Source: Porphyridium purpureum
Taxonomy: Eukaryota
Reading direction: 5' to 3'
Length of the DNA: 64,000 nucleotides
NCBI GenBank assembly: GCA_008690995.1
Contig: VRMN01000003.1
Coordinates: 1,240,001 to 1,304,000, forward strand
Made by a program: the position numbers and the translations under genes. Position 1 is the stretch's first letter; each line of letters starts with the position of its first letter. The notes below the pieces were generated by a model, which did not search any database, was not told the origin of the DNA, and saw nothing but the letters and a program-made list of their open reading frames with translations. Positions 41,482 through 52,073 of this stretch are shown piece after piece.

Positions 41482-44400
41482 ATGGCTGCTGCTGCTGCTG
41501 CGAGAGAGTCCGTTGAGGACGGTCAGCCGGACGTGTCTCACATGGCCGAGTCGGAAGCTATTTGTGCCGAGCGTGCAGCCAGTAAGATCAGACATTTGGT
41601 GGTGGTTGTTCATCTGAACGCATCCAGCGCGAACATGAGTATTTGCACGACATCTGTTGCATTCTATCACGCAACACAGATGTGCAAGGATTTGCTATGT
41701 GCGCTTGACGACGAGCCGCTGGCTCGGAGCATGGGTAAGGAGCAGCAGCAGGATGGTGTCCATGGTGTTCAACGTCATGTCATGATCAGCATGTTGGCGG
41801 CTGTCACCACGGCGCGACGCTCTACCAGACCATTGCACCATATTGCAGATGCGTGCAATATCCGTATCGTTCCTATCCTTGAGTCTCAAAGCGTGCGCAT
41901 TCCTGTATTTGATCCGGAAAAGGGCTCCAGTAGTCACGACACTTCCAGCGCATCGCTTCCGAGCGATCTAGCTGCGGTCGCGTCCAAGTGCATGCTCAAC
42001 AGTGTGCTTCCCGTTTTGATTGACTTGTTGAACAGTTCAAATGCGCGAGAAGCAGAAGGTGCAGGGAAGGAAGGTGCAGATGGGGACGACGCATCGATAT
42101 CCGTTCTTGATGAGGCTGTGACGAACGACATGGGCTCTTCATTCGATGCATTGGCAGAGATAACGCGGCTCGGCTTGTTTCATTTTGGTCGTGCGAATGG
42201 GACATTTGCAGATGATACGGATTCTGGTAGACACAGTCATGAAGGAACGAGCCGTGACTTGGTTCTCTTGACCGATGCCACGACACAAAGCTCACCTGTG
42301 CAACTCAGTAGAATAATTCATGAAGTCAAGATATGTGGGGTGCGCATCAGCGCAGTTCTTTTCGGGGACGCAGGATTCCCGTACTTGCGCGAGTACTCAG
42401 GCATTTCATCACTTTGCCAATCTACAGGAGGAACCGTCTTCGGTGACGAAAATTTGGCCAGAATATTCAGACAATTATGGTGTACGACGATCAGTCACGA
42501 CGAAGGAACTGAGGTGGCTGGCGCTGCATTTTTATCCGGTGAATCCCATCTGTGGTGGCCGTCGCGCAGCTTGTTTCGACCTACATTACGAATGATTGCT
42601 CATGAAGCCAATGAAGATGCAGGAGTCTCAAACAGTGGCCCCAGGCTCAGTGGGTCAAGCTATGAATTTCCCGTGGCCGGTCGGCCGATTCTAAAGTCAC
42701 TCACGGAATGTGTGGTGCAGAAATATGTCGTGTCGGAAAAGAGTAGTCATCTTGTTGTGTCGAATCGACTCATGCACGGATTCAGGAAGCGGTCCGCGTC
42801 GTTGCTCCCAGGCGATGTAACATTTGATGCGGAGCTATTCTTATATCCGGACGTGCAGCTGCGCTTTCGCTTGCGGTCGATTCAATTTGCGACTGAGAAT
42901 GCGCGCTCAAACTCTACATCTGGGATGCTCGAGGCCTCGATCGCGGTGGTCGCGCAGCCTGTCTTTCTTCAGAGCTTGCACGCTCTCATGTTTAAAGCCA
43001 CGACGCTCGGTGTTAGGAACTCATCCGTGGGAAGCTCGTCGGTGGTTTGTGTGGTACGGCAGCTGATATTTGAGATGAGGCGCCGCGACGTCTTTTTCAA
43101 CCAAATAGGTAACATGGATTTTGAGTTTGTTTCCAGATCAGAGCTCGCTCAGCTGTTCTTTGGTTCATGCGGTTTTGATTGCGGAGACTTGCCCATGCTA
43201 TTCCATGTGCGCTCCTTGTACACGTTGAACCTCGAATGCCGCAATTGGATTCACATTTCGATTCATTTTCGAAGCAAAGGGGGCGGCAAAGTTCGTGTGG
43301 TTCGCCTGTCCGACAATTGTTTCATTGTTCTGTCCCTCAACGACCCAGATCGCTCTTTCTGGATGGTTGGTGAGCAGCGGATTTCAAGCTGCGCGAACAG
43401 CGTGGTATTTGCATTCAGTAGTCAGGACACGCCTTTCATCAATCAGGTGATGCGCAAAGTCAAGCAAGCGCTGAGCCAATTTCTGTTGAATACGAGCAAC
43501 TACCCTCCGTCTCTACTGTGGCCGACCCGCATGGACTCGACAAGGTTGATTCGCTTCTCGCCGATTTTATCATGGCGGCTCTTTGAGCGCAGAACGCGCG
43601 TATGCAGCTTACGAGATCCAGACGTCCTTTTCGCGGCTTTCACCGAGACGCGGGCGAGGGACGGCTTGACATTTATCGAACGCAAATCTGATTCGACGCT
43701 GTGCTGTGTGGATCCGTGCGCGGAAAATTCCGAGCTCGCAGTGGAGCAGGCGCTAGTATATCACGCGGCCGTGATCGAACGTGCAGTGCTCATTACTATT
43801 TCGTACCATCATCCCTCAAAAGAAATTGACGAATCAAAGGAGGCCGCCATGCTCGCTAACCTTTCCCGCTTGCAGGAGATAGAGGTTGCAGACGATATGC
43901 TAGTCAAAGCTTTTGACGCCTTTGAAGATCTTTCGCGCGTGCGACAGCTTCGCTCCCAATTTAACTTCTGTGCACCAAGTGTGTGGTCACACTGGGAATG
44001 GATCTTTGCGCGTTCTACCCCGCGCGTATATGTCGACTTGCCGCTGCTTGACAATACTGAGTTGGACGACCAGGTTTTGGCGGAGCTACACCGTGTCTTG
44101 AGAGATACAGGCGAGGCATACATTGCAGAACACGACTTGGTCATGGTTTGCGATACAATGTACGTGAAATTATGCTCAGACGGGCGTCATTTTTTTGTTG
44201 TGTTGCCAAAGTCAGAGCACATTTGGATGAAGCATCTTGGAGAGGACGCGAAGGAACGCGATCTAATTCATCAAGGCGGCCGGAAGCCTGCGCCGGAGCG
44301 TTGGATCAGCGTTGAAGTTGTCCTTTTCCGCAGGCCAAGGTTCTGGCCGGCGCAGAACCAGGTGCTTTTGAGCGATTCCGAAGTGAGTCCATCAATGCGT

Positions 44401-46863
44401 CTAGAGATGGATGCGTTCACTCAAAGCATTCGAAAAGCGCACCAGGAAAATATTTGTCGCATTGTGGCGTCAGAAATCGTACTGACGGATAATGTTGAAG
44501 TCATTTCGGCACGTAGCGTGCAAATGGCGCTTGGAGCGTGTCGCATATCGACGATCTCGCTCATGAAGTTGCCGCTTCCAGAAACGCGGACAGAAACCGC
44601 TACGAAGGCTGTTCACGCGCGCGTTGCAGCGAGTCGCTCTTTTCGCAGTTTCCCATGGAGTGATTCTTTCTTCTGTATTCGACCGCTGTCGCAGCTTGTC
44701 CGTGTTCCAAGCCAACGTCAGCAACAGTTGAGTGATTGGCTGATCAGTCCGTGCTTTGCAGAGCTCCGACCGGGCTTTCAACTTTACATTTACTCATTGG
44801 ACACCAAACGAGACTTAAGCTCGTCGGCATCGGCGTCCCTGGGCGTATTAGTACAAGAGACGTCCGGAGGGAGTGGGGGAGTTGCAAGCATGCTACCTGT
44901 GCGCTCGTTTCAAAGGCCTATGATTAGCGATCTCTGTCTGTTGGCCACTTCTGCCATCGATGAAGTTTGCGTTATCGCGGCACGACGCTGCGTTGTGTCG
45001 CTCATTTCAGATGAGTACGGACTTCCTGCTCTCTTTCGGTCCATGGTTCTGGACTACTTTCTGCTCCACGGTTTGGTGAAGCGTGATGCACTACCACGCT
45101 CGGCGTCTATTGAGTCCGGTTCGCCGTCGCTCAGTAAAGTGCGAGGATTCGGATTGGAACAGCATGATAGTGAGGACCCTGTGGAAGCGTTCACACCCCC
45201 GGCCTCCTTGGGCCGCTCCGTATCGTTTGGAATGTCAGCTACATTCTCCGAGCCTGAGCACCTAGATCGTGGCTTTCATATGGAGTTTGTCGACGATATT
45301 TTCAGCTCGCCAGAGCTTCGACTGCGCGTTGAAATTCGGCAATTTCCTCCGGACGGAGGGAATTTCAGCATCTCCATCGAACGCTCGAATGTTAATGTTT
45401 TTCAGCAGGCTGAATTCTCCGACGTGGAAATCCGTCGCCGGCCTTCTTTGAGAGTGCTGCTCGACTTCGAATCCTTTTCGTACGCCGCGCAGGTGTCCAT
45501 TCTTTACCACTTGATTTTCGACACCAGAGGCGTGCTAAATGTTTCGGCCAATGAGCAGGAGCAACAGAACGGCCATGTCGTGATGCCGCCGGCGTCAAGG
45601 GAACAGCAGCCATCGCAGCCTCTTTCACATCAGCAACAGCAACAGCAACAGCAGTTCTTCGCATCCTCGAAGGGTGATTGTTTGGTTCGGTTGGGTTTTC
45701 GATATTCTGAGAATCCGCCTCTTCGCACAGATGCTTTTGTGGATATCTACACACTCACGCTGGCTTTGGAAGGATTTGGCCGTATGAGTCAGCAGATACG
45801 AAAGAGGGCGGGTCCTTCCGCTTCTCGTGATGGGACAGTGAAAGTTGATTTGAGTGCCTTTGAGCACGATTTCCGCATGCTTTTCCCAGGCGCCTTCAAT
45901 TGCTCGGCCATTGAAATGGTCGTTTTGATGACAACATGTTTGAAGCGGATCAGGAGCCTTCATAATATGCGGTTTCTACAGGGTGCGGATACGTGCTCCG
46001 GGTACTTTGCTATTCGTATTGATGGTGGAGCTACAAGCGTCGAGTCGAAGCCGTCAGCTGAAGCAGCCGAATACGCCCTTTTGCAGCTGATTCCAAATGC
46101 GCAAGAGCAGCGGATGCAGCTGAGAATCGTGTGTGCTTTTGCGCCCTACGCGGGCTCTTGCATGGCGCAAGAAGCAAACACAGCGCTTCGTGTCTTGGAA
46201 AACAAGTCTGATGCCGCTTGGTCTGTTGCACTTTCACTGCGTACGTCACATCGTCACAGTCTCCAGGTTGTGTGCGAGGAGCGATTCCGGGTAATTCTGC
46301 ATGAGGGGTTGGAGCTGGCTGCATGTATGGTGCTGTGGGAAAACGCATTCTTGGGGCCGCACACCCACGACACTTCGAGTTACGCATCGCGGCAGCGAGA
46401 TACAGCCGCGGCGGAGAGAAACTGCAGTGTCCAAGCTTTGCTTAACAGCATGGGTGTATGGATCTCGCGCACTGCCTTTGATGCGCGCCGCTTTCCTGCC
46501 CTGGATTTCTGTGAGTATGAAGTGGGTGCCTCGGAATTTCTGACTTGGCTCAACGCCGAAAGATCTTCCGGCTTCTTTACGATGCCACTCGGACTTGATG
46601 CGCACGGAGAAGCCTTTGTGGTCCCTTGCAAGAAGGAGTTAGCGAGGGCAGCAGTCATTCACATAAGCTGGAGCGTTGCGGAGCCACTGCAGCCCTGGAC
46701 GCTCGAGCTGTGGCGGACGGACGGCGGATCCGCACGAAATGAAGCCGAGCGAAGCGGTGGACTAATCATCATTTGTGAGTTCGTCAACAACCTCCTACTT
46801 TTCATGTCTGAATGGAATAGTGCTACCCTGTCAACAGTTATTCAAGATTCAAAGAAAACGTGA
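41482..46863 (+). CDS. Very large protein (about 1793 aa) with a vWA-like N-terminus; SZT2 (KICSTOR scaffold)-like
   Basis: Intact long ORF. LVLLTDATT...IIHEVKICGVRISAVLFG..DAGFPY....LCQSTGG and VSNRLMHGF resemble SZT2 N-terminal motifs as I recall them. Confidence 0.5.
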   Translation: MAAAAAARESVEDGQPDVSHMAESEAICAERAASKIRHLVVVVHLNASSANMSICTTSVAFYHATQMCKDLLCALDDEPLARSMGKEQQQDGVHGVQRHVMISMLAAVTTARRSTRPLHHIADACNIRIVPILESQSVRIPVFDPEKGSSSHDTSSASLPSDLAAVASKCMLNSVLPVLIDLLNSSNAREAEGAGKEGADGDDASISVLDEAVTNDMGSSFDALAEITRLGLFHFGRANGTFADDTDSGRHSHEGTSRDLVLLTDATTQSSPVQLSRIIHEVKICGVRISAVLFGDAGFPYLREYSGISSLCQSTGGTVFGDENLARIFRQLWCTTISHDEGTEVAGAAFLSGESHLWWPSRSLFRPTLRMIAHEANEDAGVSNSGPRLSGSSYEFPVAGRPILKSLTECVVQKYVVSEKSSHLVVSNRLMHGFRKRSASLLPGDVTFDAELFLYPDVQLRFRLRSIQFATENARSNSTSGMLEASIAVVAQPVFLQSLHALMFKATTLGVRNSSVGSSSVVCVVRQLIFEMRRRDVFFNQIGNMDFEFVSRSELAQLFFGSCGFDCGDLPMLFHVRSLYTLNLECRNWIHISIHFRSKGGGKVRVVRLSDNCFIVLSLNDPDRSFWMVGEQRISSCANSVVFAFSSQDTPFINQVMRKVKQALSQFLLNTSNYPPSLLWPTRMDSTRLIRFSPILSWRLFERRTRVCSLRDPDVLFAAFTETRARDGLTFIERKSDSTLCCVDPCAENSELAVEQALVYHAAVIERAVLITISYHHPSKEIDESKEAAMLANLSRLQEIEVADDMLVKAFDAFEDLSRVRQLRSQFNFCAPSVWSHWEWIFARSTPRVYVDLPLLDNTELDDQVLAELHRVLRDTGEAYIAEHDLVMVCDTMYVKLCSDGRHFFVVLPKSEHIWMKHLGEDAKERDLIHQGGRKPAPERWISVEVVLFRRPRFWPAQNQVLLSDSEVSPSMRLEMDAFTQSIRKAHQENICRIVASEIVLTDNVEVISARSVQMALGACRISTISLMKLPLPETRTETATKAVHARVAASRSFRSFPWSDSFFCIRPLSQLVRVPSQRQQQLSDWLISPCFAELRPGFQLYIYSLDTKRDLSSSASASLGVLVQETSGGSGGVASMLPVRSFQRPMISDLCLLATSAIDEVCVIAARRCVVSLISDEYGLPALFRSMVLDYFLLHGLVKRDALPRSASIESGSPSLSKVRGFGLEQHDSEDPVEAFTPPASLGRSVSFGMSATFSEPEHLDRGFHMEFVDDIFSSPELRLRVEIRQFPPDGGNFSISIERSNVNVFQQAEFSDVEIRRRPSLRVLLDFESFSYAAQVSILYHLIFDTRGVLNVSANEQEQQNGHVVMPPASREQQPSQPLSHQQQQQQQQFFASSKGDCLVRLGFRYSENPPLRTDAFVDIYTLTLALEGFGRMSQQIRKRAGPSASRDGTVKVDLSAFEHDFRMLFPGAFNCSAIEMVVLMTTCLKRIRSLHNMRFLQGADTCSGYFAIRIDGGATSVESKPSAEAAEYALLQLIPNAQEQRMQLRIVCAFAPYAGSCMAQEANTALRVLENKSDAAWSVALSLRTSHRHSLQVVCEERFRVILHEGLELAACMVLWENAFLGPHTHDTSSYASRQRDTAAAERNCSVQALLNSMGVWISRTAFDARRFPALDFCEYEVGASEFLTWLNAERSSGFFTMPLGLDAHGEAFVVPCKKELARAAVIHISWSVAEPLQPWTLELWRTDGGSARNEAERSGGLIIICEFVNNLLLFMSEWNSATLSTVIQDSKKT

Positions 46864-46932
46864 CAAAAAACCTGCAGTCTAATATGTCTTCTTTTCAGGC
46901 CTTACTGTAGGCGATGACATCAGCGACCATGC

Positions 46933-48531
46933 TCACTTGGAAGGGTTCGAAACACAGTCATAGATACATCGAAATGCGGTACGCGGCGAAGATACCATAT
47001 CCGTCTTTTGGAAGCGCAATGGGCGCTGTTGAAGTACGCGCCACAAATCGTCGGCAGGCACGCAGAAGAGGTCGCCTTCTGCAGAACCACCGAATACTGT
47101 GAAGAGTGCCAGAACATGAACGCGCGGGATGTCTTTGTCGGTGATCGCGCGATACGCGCGCACAAAATCACGAACATACACCTTGTGCTCCCCTGGACGA
47201 TACATCTCTATCGCCTTATCCACACGCGGAATCTCCTGCAAAAATCGATTGAAATCAATCCATTCGTTGACAGAGATTCGTTCATTATCCCAGCCCGATG
47301 GTCCTGCGAGCTTATCCAGGCGCTGAATGTACTCGGCTGATTTATCAGGACTCCTCTCAACAATGGCACGCGTAAAGGACGAAAGTGAGATGCTTTTCTG
47401 CGCTGATGTTGGCGCTTTCGTAGCTTCATGGTCCAGCACGCTGCCAAGCGCCTGCTCTTTTTTGATTAAATATTCAAACTCGAGCGCCCAGAATTCTGTC
47501 TGCACATCTTCAACAAATGTTTGGAACGTGTCAAAGTCCAACAGACCGGTGCGATTCGCACCGAAAAAAGTTTCGAATAGCGGCGAATTCTTATCAAGTG
47601 ATTGGTTCAGCAGCCTTTTCGACGATACGGATGGTTCCGCTCCGGTTTGTGATAGGTGGTTCAGAACTTGCAAGAACTCGTCGGCATCTACTTTGCCGCT
47701 TCCATCCGCGTCAAACATAACGAATGCCAGCTTCAGGTTCGCCGCGGGAAGAGACAAGATTGTCCGGAGGAAGAGGTACTCACTGAATGACAAGAGTCCA
47801 TCTCCAGAAATGTCGAGTTTCCAACCAGTCCCCTCTTTTCTTCTCCGCGCCTCCCTTCTGCTTGTTTCAACGTCTGCGCGGTGGAGCGTTGGCGCTGGTA
47901 CGACCGCTAGCGAGCCCGAAGCTCCACTTGCAGCTACACCCCAAGCCTTTTTGGTACCATCCTCTACTGCAGATCTCGTTAGACTCGGCGTCACTGACAA
48001 GATCAAGTCTTCGTACGTCATGAACGCCTCGCCTTGCACATTCACACTCGCAAAATACGCAAAGAGCTTTTCCGGCGAACTAAACTGTCGCAGTCGATTC
48101 TCGTACTGAAGGACAACAGCGGACGGTGCCGCACTTTTCGGCGCTACGTGCTCACTTTCGCTCTGCTTTTCACCGTCCTCCGGCTGTGAATACGGCTGCT
48201 GCTGATCCATGTGCGCCATTTTGCTTGAATCGGCATAGACGATGCGTGGGCTGAACCCGCGTCTCACCATTTCAGAAGCGCCGTGGTTCCCGCGAGACTT
48301 CATCCATCTCCTCCATGCCCTTTCGCTCCCCCACCTCCCGGAGGACCACGAGCCGGCCTCAGCTCTTGCGCCATCCTCATTGTTCTTCACGGAATGTGCT
48401 TGTCGTGGTGGCACACCGTCCCATGCGACATGCCTCGCGGGTGCATCCTCTATCACACATTTTGAAGCTACCACAGTCGCACCTACACACATACCCGCGC
48501 AGGTCCTATATTTCCACAGCCGTGTTGCCAT
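46933..48531 (-). CDS. MICU: Mitochondrial calcium uptake protein (MICU family, EF-hand)
   Basis: YENRLRQFSSPEKLFAYFAS, plus EF-hands DISGDGLLSFSEY and FDADGSGKVDADEF. Confidence 0.9.
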   Translation of the reverse strand: MATRLWKYRTCAGMCVGATVVASKCVIEDAPARHVAWDGVPPRQAHSVKNNEDGARAEAGSWSSGRWGSERAWRRWMKSRGNHGASEMVRRGFSPRIVYADSSKMAHMDQQQPYSQPEDGEKQSESEHVAPKSAAPSAVVLQYENRLRQFSSPEKLFAYFASVNVQGEAFMTYEDLILSVTPSLTRSAVEDGTKKAWGVAASGASGSLAVVPAPTLHRADVETSRREARRRKEGTGWKLDISGDGLLSFSEYLFLRTILSLPAANLKLAFVMFDADGSGKVDADEFLQVLNHLSQTGAEPSVSSKRLLNQSLDKNSPLFETFFGANRTGLLDFDTFQTFVEDVQTEFWALEFEYLIKKEQALGSVLDHEATKAPTSAQKSISLSSFTRAIVERSPDKSAEYIQRLDKLAGPSGWDNERISVNEWIDFNRFLQEIPRVDKAIEMYRPGEHKVYVRDFVRAYRAITDKDIPRVHVLALFTVFGGSAEGDLFCVPADDLWRVLQQRPLRFQKTDMVSSPRTAFRCIYDCVSNPSK

Positions 48532-48944
48532 CGTACACACATACAAACATATAGAGATGTCCCTTGTTCGTCTTCCTTCGCGCTCCGTTCGATCTCCTTC
48601 CCGCTCCACACGCAACAAACATCGACCGTCAATATTATAAAATATATTAAACATAACTATAATTAATGAGATTCGGGCCAGTTGCACTGAACACAGAGTA
48701 CACTTGGAGCGCTTTGCCATTTCAAATCTTGGCTGAGTGCGTCGAGACAGAACGTTGGTCGAGCAGGTTAATCTGTCGGAAGAGACTTTGTGGATTCGTG
48801 CTTTGTGTGTTGGAAGGCGCACGAGGCGCGCGGTGCCCGGGTGCTCGAAGCCTGCCGCATCGAACTGTCGTGGACATTAAACCGCGGTGGCGGTTGTGAG
48901 AAGAGTGCTCGAGGAATAGAGTTCGAACGTGCGGCGTTTGAAAA

Positions 48945-51245
48945 ATGGTGTCGGATGAGACAGCGGGTGTGCTGTTCTCCGTCGGCATTGGCGTTGTGGT
49001 GACAATTATCTTCGCGGCTCTGTTTGAGTTGCTTCGTCGGGTTCTGCCGCGTGTGTATGAGCTTAGGAAGGAGTTGCAACGGATACGTTTGAAAGATGTC
49101 AACGGGCGCGTAGTGTGGGCGCCGCCAGAGTACCGGCTTGGGCGCTGGCCCCTGTCGTGGTTGTGGGCCGCTCATGAGATTAATGAGGGAGACATTGCGC
49201 GATTTGTATCGTTGGACGCGTTTGTCTATCTGCGCTCGCTCCGATCGCAGTTTCTCCTGTTCGGATTGTCTTTCCTGCTGACCGCAACCGTGCTTATTCC
49301 AACATACGCGACGGGATCGCGCAAGAATCGGTCCCCAGTGGATCCGCTTTACGCAGAAGGTTTGAATATCATCTCCATGTCTAATTTGGACGAGAGAGAT
49401 GGCCGTCTCTGGGTGACGTTGGTGATCGAGGTCATCCTTGCCGTCTTGATTTTTTTCGTGTTCTACAAAGACTACTCAAGGTATACCTATTATAAGCGCA
49501 AGTACTTGGCCAGCATGCGACCAAATTCGTTCTGTGTACTTGTCCGATGTGTGCCGGAGTGGTTCAAGGACACCAACCATATTTTTCAATTCTTTGAACG
49601 AATTTTCCCAGGTGAGATCGTCTACGCAGTACACGCAAAGTACTCCAAGCAACTGGTATCTCTACAGCTCCAATTTAACAAGGCAGTGACCGCAAAGGAA
49701 AAGTTCATCTGGCAGACCATCAAGGGCAAGCCCAAGAAGGTGCCGATTGAAATCAAGGTGGCAGACGCCGATTCGACTGGGCTTTGCCCGCAGAAAGTCT
49801 CTACGCCCGCAATAGATCATTGGTACGAGCGGCAGGGTGCGCTGTGGTCTGATATTCACAGTTTGCAACAAGATACAGATGCGCGAGCGGAAATCGTCGT
49901 TCCAACCAACTTTGCTCTTATCGTGTTCAAGACTCGCCATGCGGCGAGCCAGATTATTCAATCGCAGCTCTGGTTTGAGGCCGGAGCTTTCATTCCCGAG
50001 CGCGCCCCAGAGCCTCACGCCATTGTGTGGAAAAAATTGGCCCAGTCGGACTGGTCCAACATATTATTTAGTACCATCGCTGTCGTTGCGATTACGTGCT
50101 TGATCATTTTTTGGAGTGCAATCGCGCTGATGGTCTCCGCACTCGGTAATTTGTCAAGTTTGAGCATGACGGCCGCGTTCTCGTGGCTCAGCGTTGTGAA
50201 CACGTGGCCGACGTGGGTGGTGGGATTAATTGAAGGCTTTTTGCCCCCCTTGATCATGGCCATTCTTTCTGCGGTGTTCCCAGTCATCGCAAAGGTTTTT
50301 CTCAGCTTGGGCAGAGCGTATGACATTCTTGCTCTAGAGAGACAAGTGCGCAACTGCCTCTTCATTTTTCTCTACATAACGAGTTTCTGGGCCATCCTCG
50401 TATCTGGCTCGATTCTGTCCCAGCTGAACGCGATTGTCAGTACAGGATCGGTAACATCGACCGTGCAATTGCTGTCTCAGTCCGTGCCCGCTCAGGCAAT
50501 ATACTTTCTTAATTATGTGCTGCAAGCGGCCTTGATTCGTGCGCCACAGGTGTTGCTTCAGGAAGTGCGCTTGTTTCTGCGCGGTACACTGTGGGTCCTT
50601 CTGCGCCCAAAAACTGAACGTCAAAAGCGCGCGCTCGACCGAGGTCCACACTCGTTCTTCCTTTTCTGGAAACTTTACGCCGTTGGAGAATGCGTCGCGC
50701 TGATGTCGCTGGTGTACGGTACCATTGCTCCATTGATGAACCTGTTTGCCACGGCGTACTTCTTGGTGGCGTACTATGTGTCCAAGTATAATTTGTGCTT
50801 TACGCATTATCGTGCGTTCCAGGACGGCGGGAATATGTTTCGCGGCCATTTTTGGTGTCTCATGACGTGCCTGTTCACCAAGCAGGCCATCATGGCAGCT
50901 TTGTTTGGGATCTTCAAGGCGCCCGTTCAAGCGGTTCTGGAGGGGTTCTTGCTTATCTTCTCGATCATGCTGGCCATTATCATTTCGGATCGATTTGACC
51001 GGGTCGCCAAGTTTGGGAGTCTCGTGAGTGTTTATGACTCATACGGCCACACAATCGACAAGGACGATGAAGTACCTCTGCCGTACGTGACGGAGTATTT
51101 TGATCCGGGTTTACGTCCCCTGAAGCATCCTAAGAACTTGTCCGGGTGCAGCGAGGCAGAGATCACTGCTGCGGGCTTGCTTCAGTTCATTCAACCGACC
51201 ACAGGCAAAGACGAGGAGCTGGCGCCGTCGCCTTTGAAGCAGTAG
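48945..51245 (+). CDS. OSCA/TMEM63/CSC1-type calcium-permeable stress-gated channel
   Basis: About 11 TM segments. Motifs SLDAFVYLR, ISMSN, APEPHAIVW, P.QA.YFLNYV and Y.TIAPL. Confidence 0.92.
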   Translation: MVSDETAGVLFSVGIGVVVTIIFAALFELLRRVLPRVYELRKELQRIRLKDVNGRVVWAPPEYRLGRWPLSWLWAAHEINEGDIARFVSLDAFVYLRSLRSQFLLFGLSFLLTATVLIPTYATGSRKNRSPVDPLYAEGLNIISMSNLDERDGRLWVTLVIEVILAVLIFFVFYKDYSRYTYYKRKYLASMRPNSFCVLVRCVPEWFKDTNHIFQFFERIFPGEIVYAVHAKYSKQLVSLQLQFNKAVTAKEKFIWQTIKGKPKKVPIEIKVADADSTGLCPQKVSTPAIDHWYERQGALWSDIHSLQQDTDARAEIVVPTNFALIVFKTRHAASQIIQSQLWFEAGAFIPERAPEPHAIVWKKLAQSDWSNILFSTIAVVAITCLIIFWSAIALMVSALGNLSSLSMTAAFSWLSVVNTWPTWVVGLIEGFLPPLIMAILSAVFPVIAKVFLSLGRAYDILALERQVRNCLFIFLYITSFWAILVSGSILSQLNAIVSTGSVTSTVQLLSQSVPAQAIYFLNYVLQAALIRAPQVLLQEVRLFLRGTLWVLLRPKTERQKRALDRGPHSFFLFWKLYAVGECVALMSLVYGTIAPLMNLFATAYFLVAYYVSKYNLCFTHYRAFQDGGNMFRGHFWCLMTCLFTKQAIMAALFGIFKAPVQAVLEGFLLIFSIMLAIIISDRFDRVAKFGSLVSVYDSYGHTIDKDDEVPLPYVTEYFDPGLRPLKHPKNLSGCSEAEITAAGLLQFIQPTTGKDEELAPSPLKQ

Positions 51246-51353
51246 CACACACTTTACATGGCATAATTATATTAATACATTCGTTAGAAGGCGGGACACC
51301 TAGGCCACGCACGCTTGCGTTCATTAGCCCCGGCGCGTCATTGTCCTGAAGGC

Positions 51354-52073
51354 TCACGAGCTTTGATCATCTTCGTCCTCGAGCTCCATGATGGGTTCTA
51401 GTGCTGTGTAGTAAGGCGTACCCATTCGACACGTCGACATGCTTCGCGACAAGACCGGATCCGATGACTCGTATGTGCCTGGATGCACTCCCCGCATCGA
51501 ATTCGAGCGACTGGAGGCCAAATCATCACCTGGTGAAGAGCTTGTGGAGCGCTCAAACACAGAGGGCAAGTTGCAAGTCGCTGAGAATGCGGCAAACTCT
51601 TGCAGCACGGAGGAAAGATCAGATTCCTTTTGCGATCCGGGGCTGTCCGACGCGCCGCGCACGGGCATGTGCACTGCCATGCTGTGGTGTCGCACACCAA
51701 AGCCACAGGACCGGCCCGAGTGCGAGCGCGCACCGACGCCTCCCGCCTGCGCAGACACAAACCGAACGGCCGGCTCGGACGTGGGGATATGCGCCCAATC
51801 CGGGTGCGCGCCGACTCCCAAAAGCCTTGGCAGCTTCCCTGCGGCCCCCGCGCCACTGTCATTCCTCCCGTGCATCCTTCTGGACGTATACCTGGCCTTG
51901 GACCTCTCCATCGCCGTGAGCCCGATGCGCGTCGCGCCCCCCTCGGCCTCACGCCGCTCAACGCCGCCCAGCCCGCTCTCGTCGACGACAACCCCACTCA
52001 TCGTTCCACTCAAGCGCTCCTCGCTAGACGACTTGCTCGAGCCGTGGCTACTCCTCTTACTCTCACTCTCCAT
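51354..52073 (-). CDS. Hypothetical Ser-rich, probably disordered protein
   Basis: ATG-initiated 239-aa ORF filling the gap, preceded by a purine-rich leader. No family recognised. Confidence 0.45.
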   Translation of the reverse strand: MESESKRSSHGSSKSSSEERLSGTMSGVVVDESGLGGVERREAEGGATRIGLTAMERSKARYTSRRMHGRNDSGAGAAGKLPRLLGVGAHPDWAHIPTSEPAVRFVSAQAGGVGARSHSGRSCGFGVRHHSMAVHMPVRGASDSPGSQKESDLSSVLQEFAAFSATCNLPSVFERSTSSSPGDDLASSRSNSMRGVHPGTYESSDPVLSRSMSTCRMGTPYYTALEPIMELEDEDDQSS

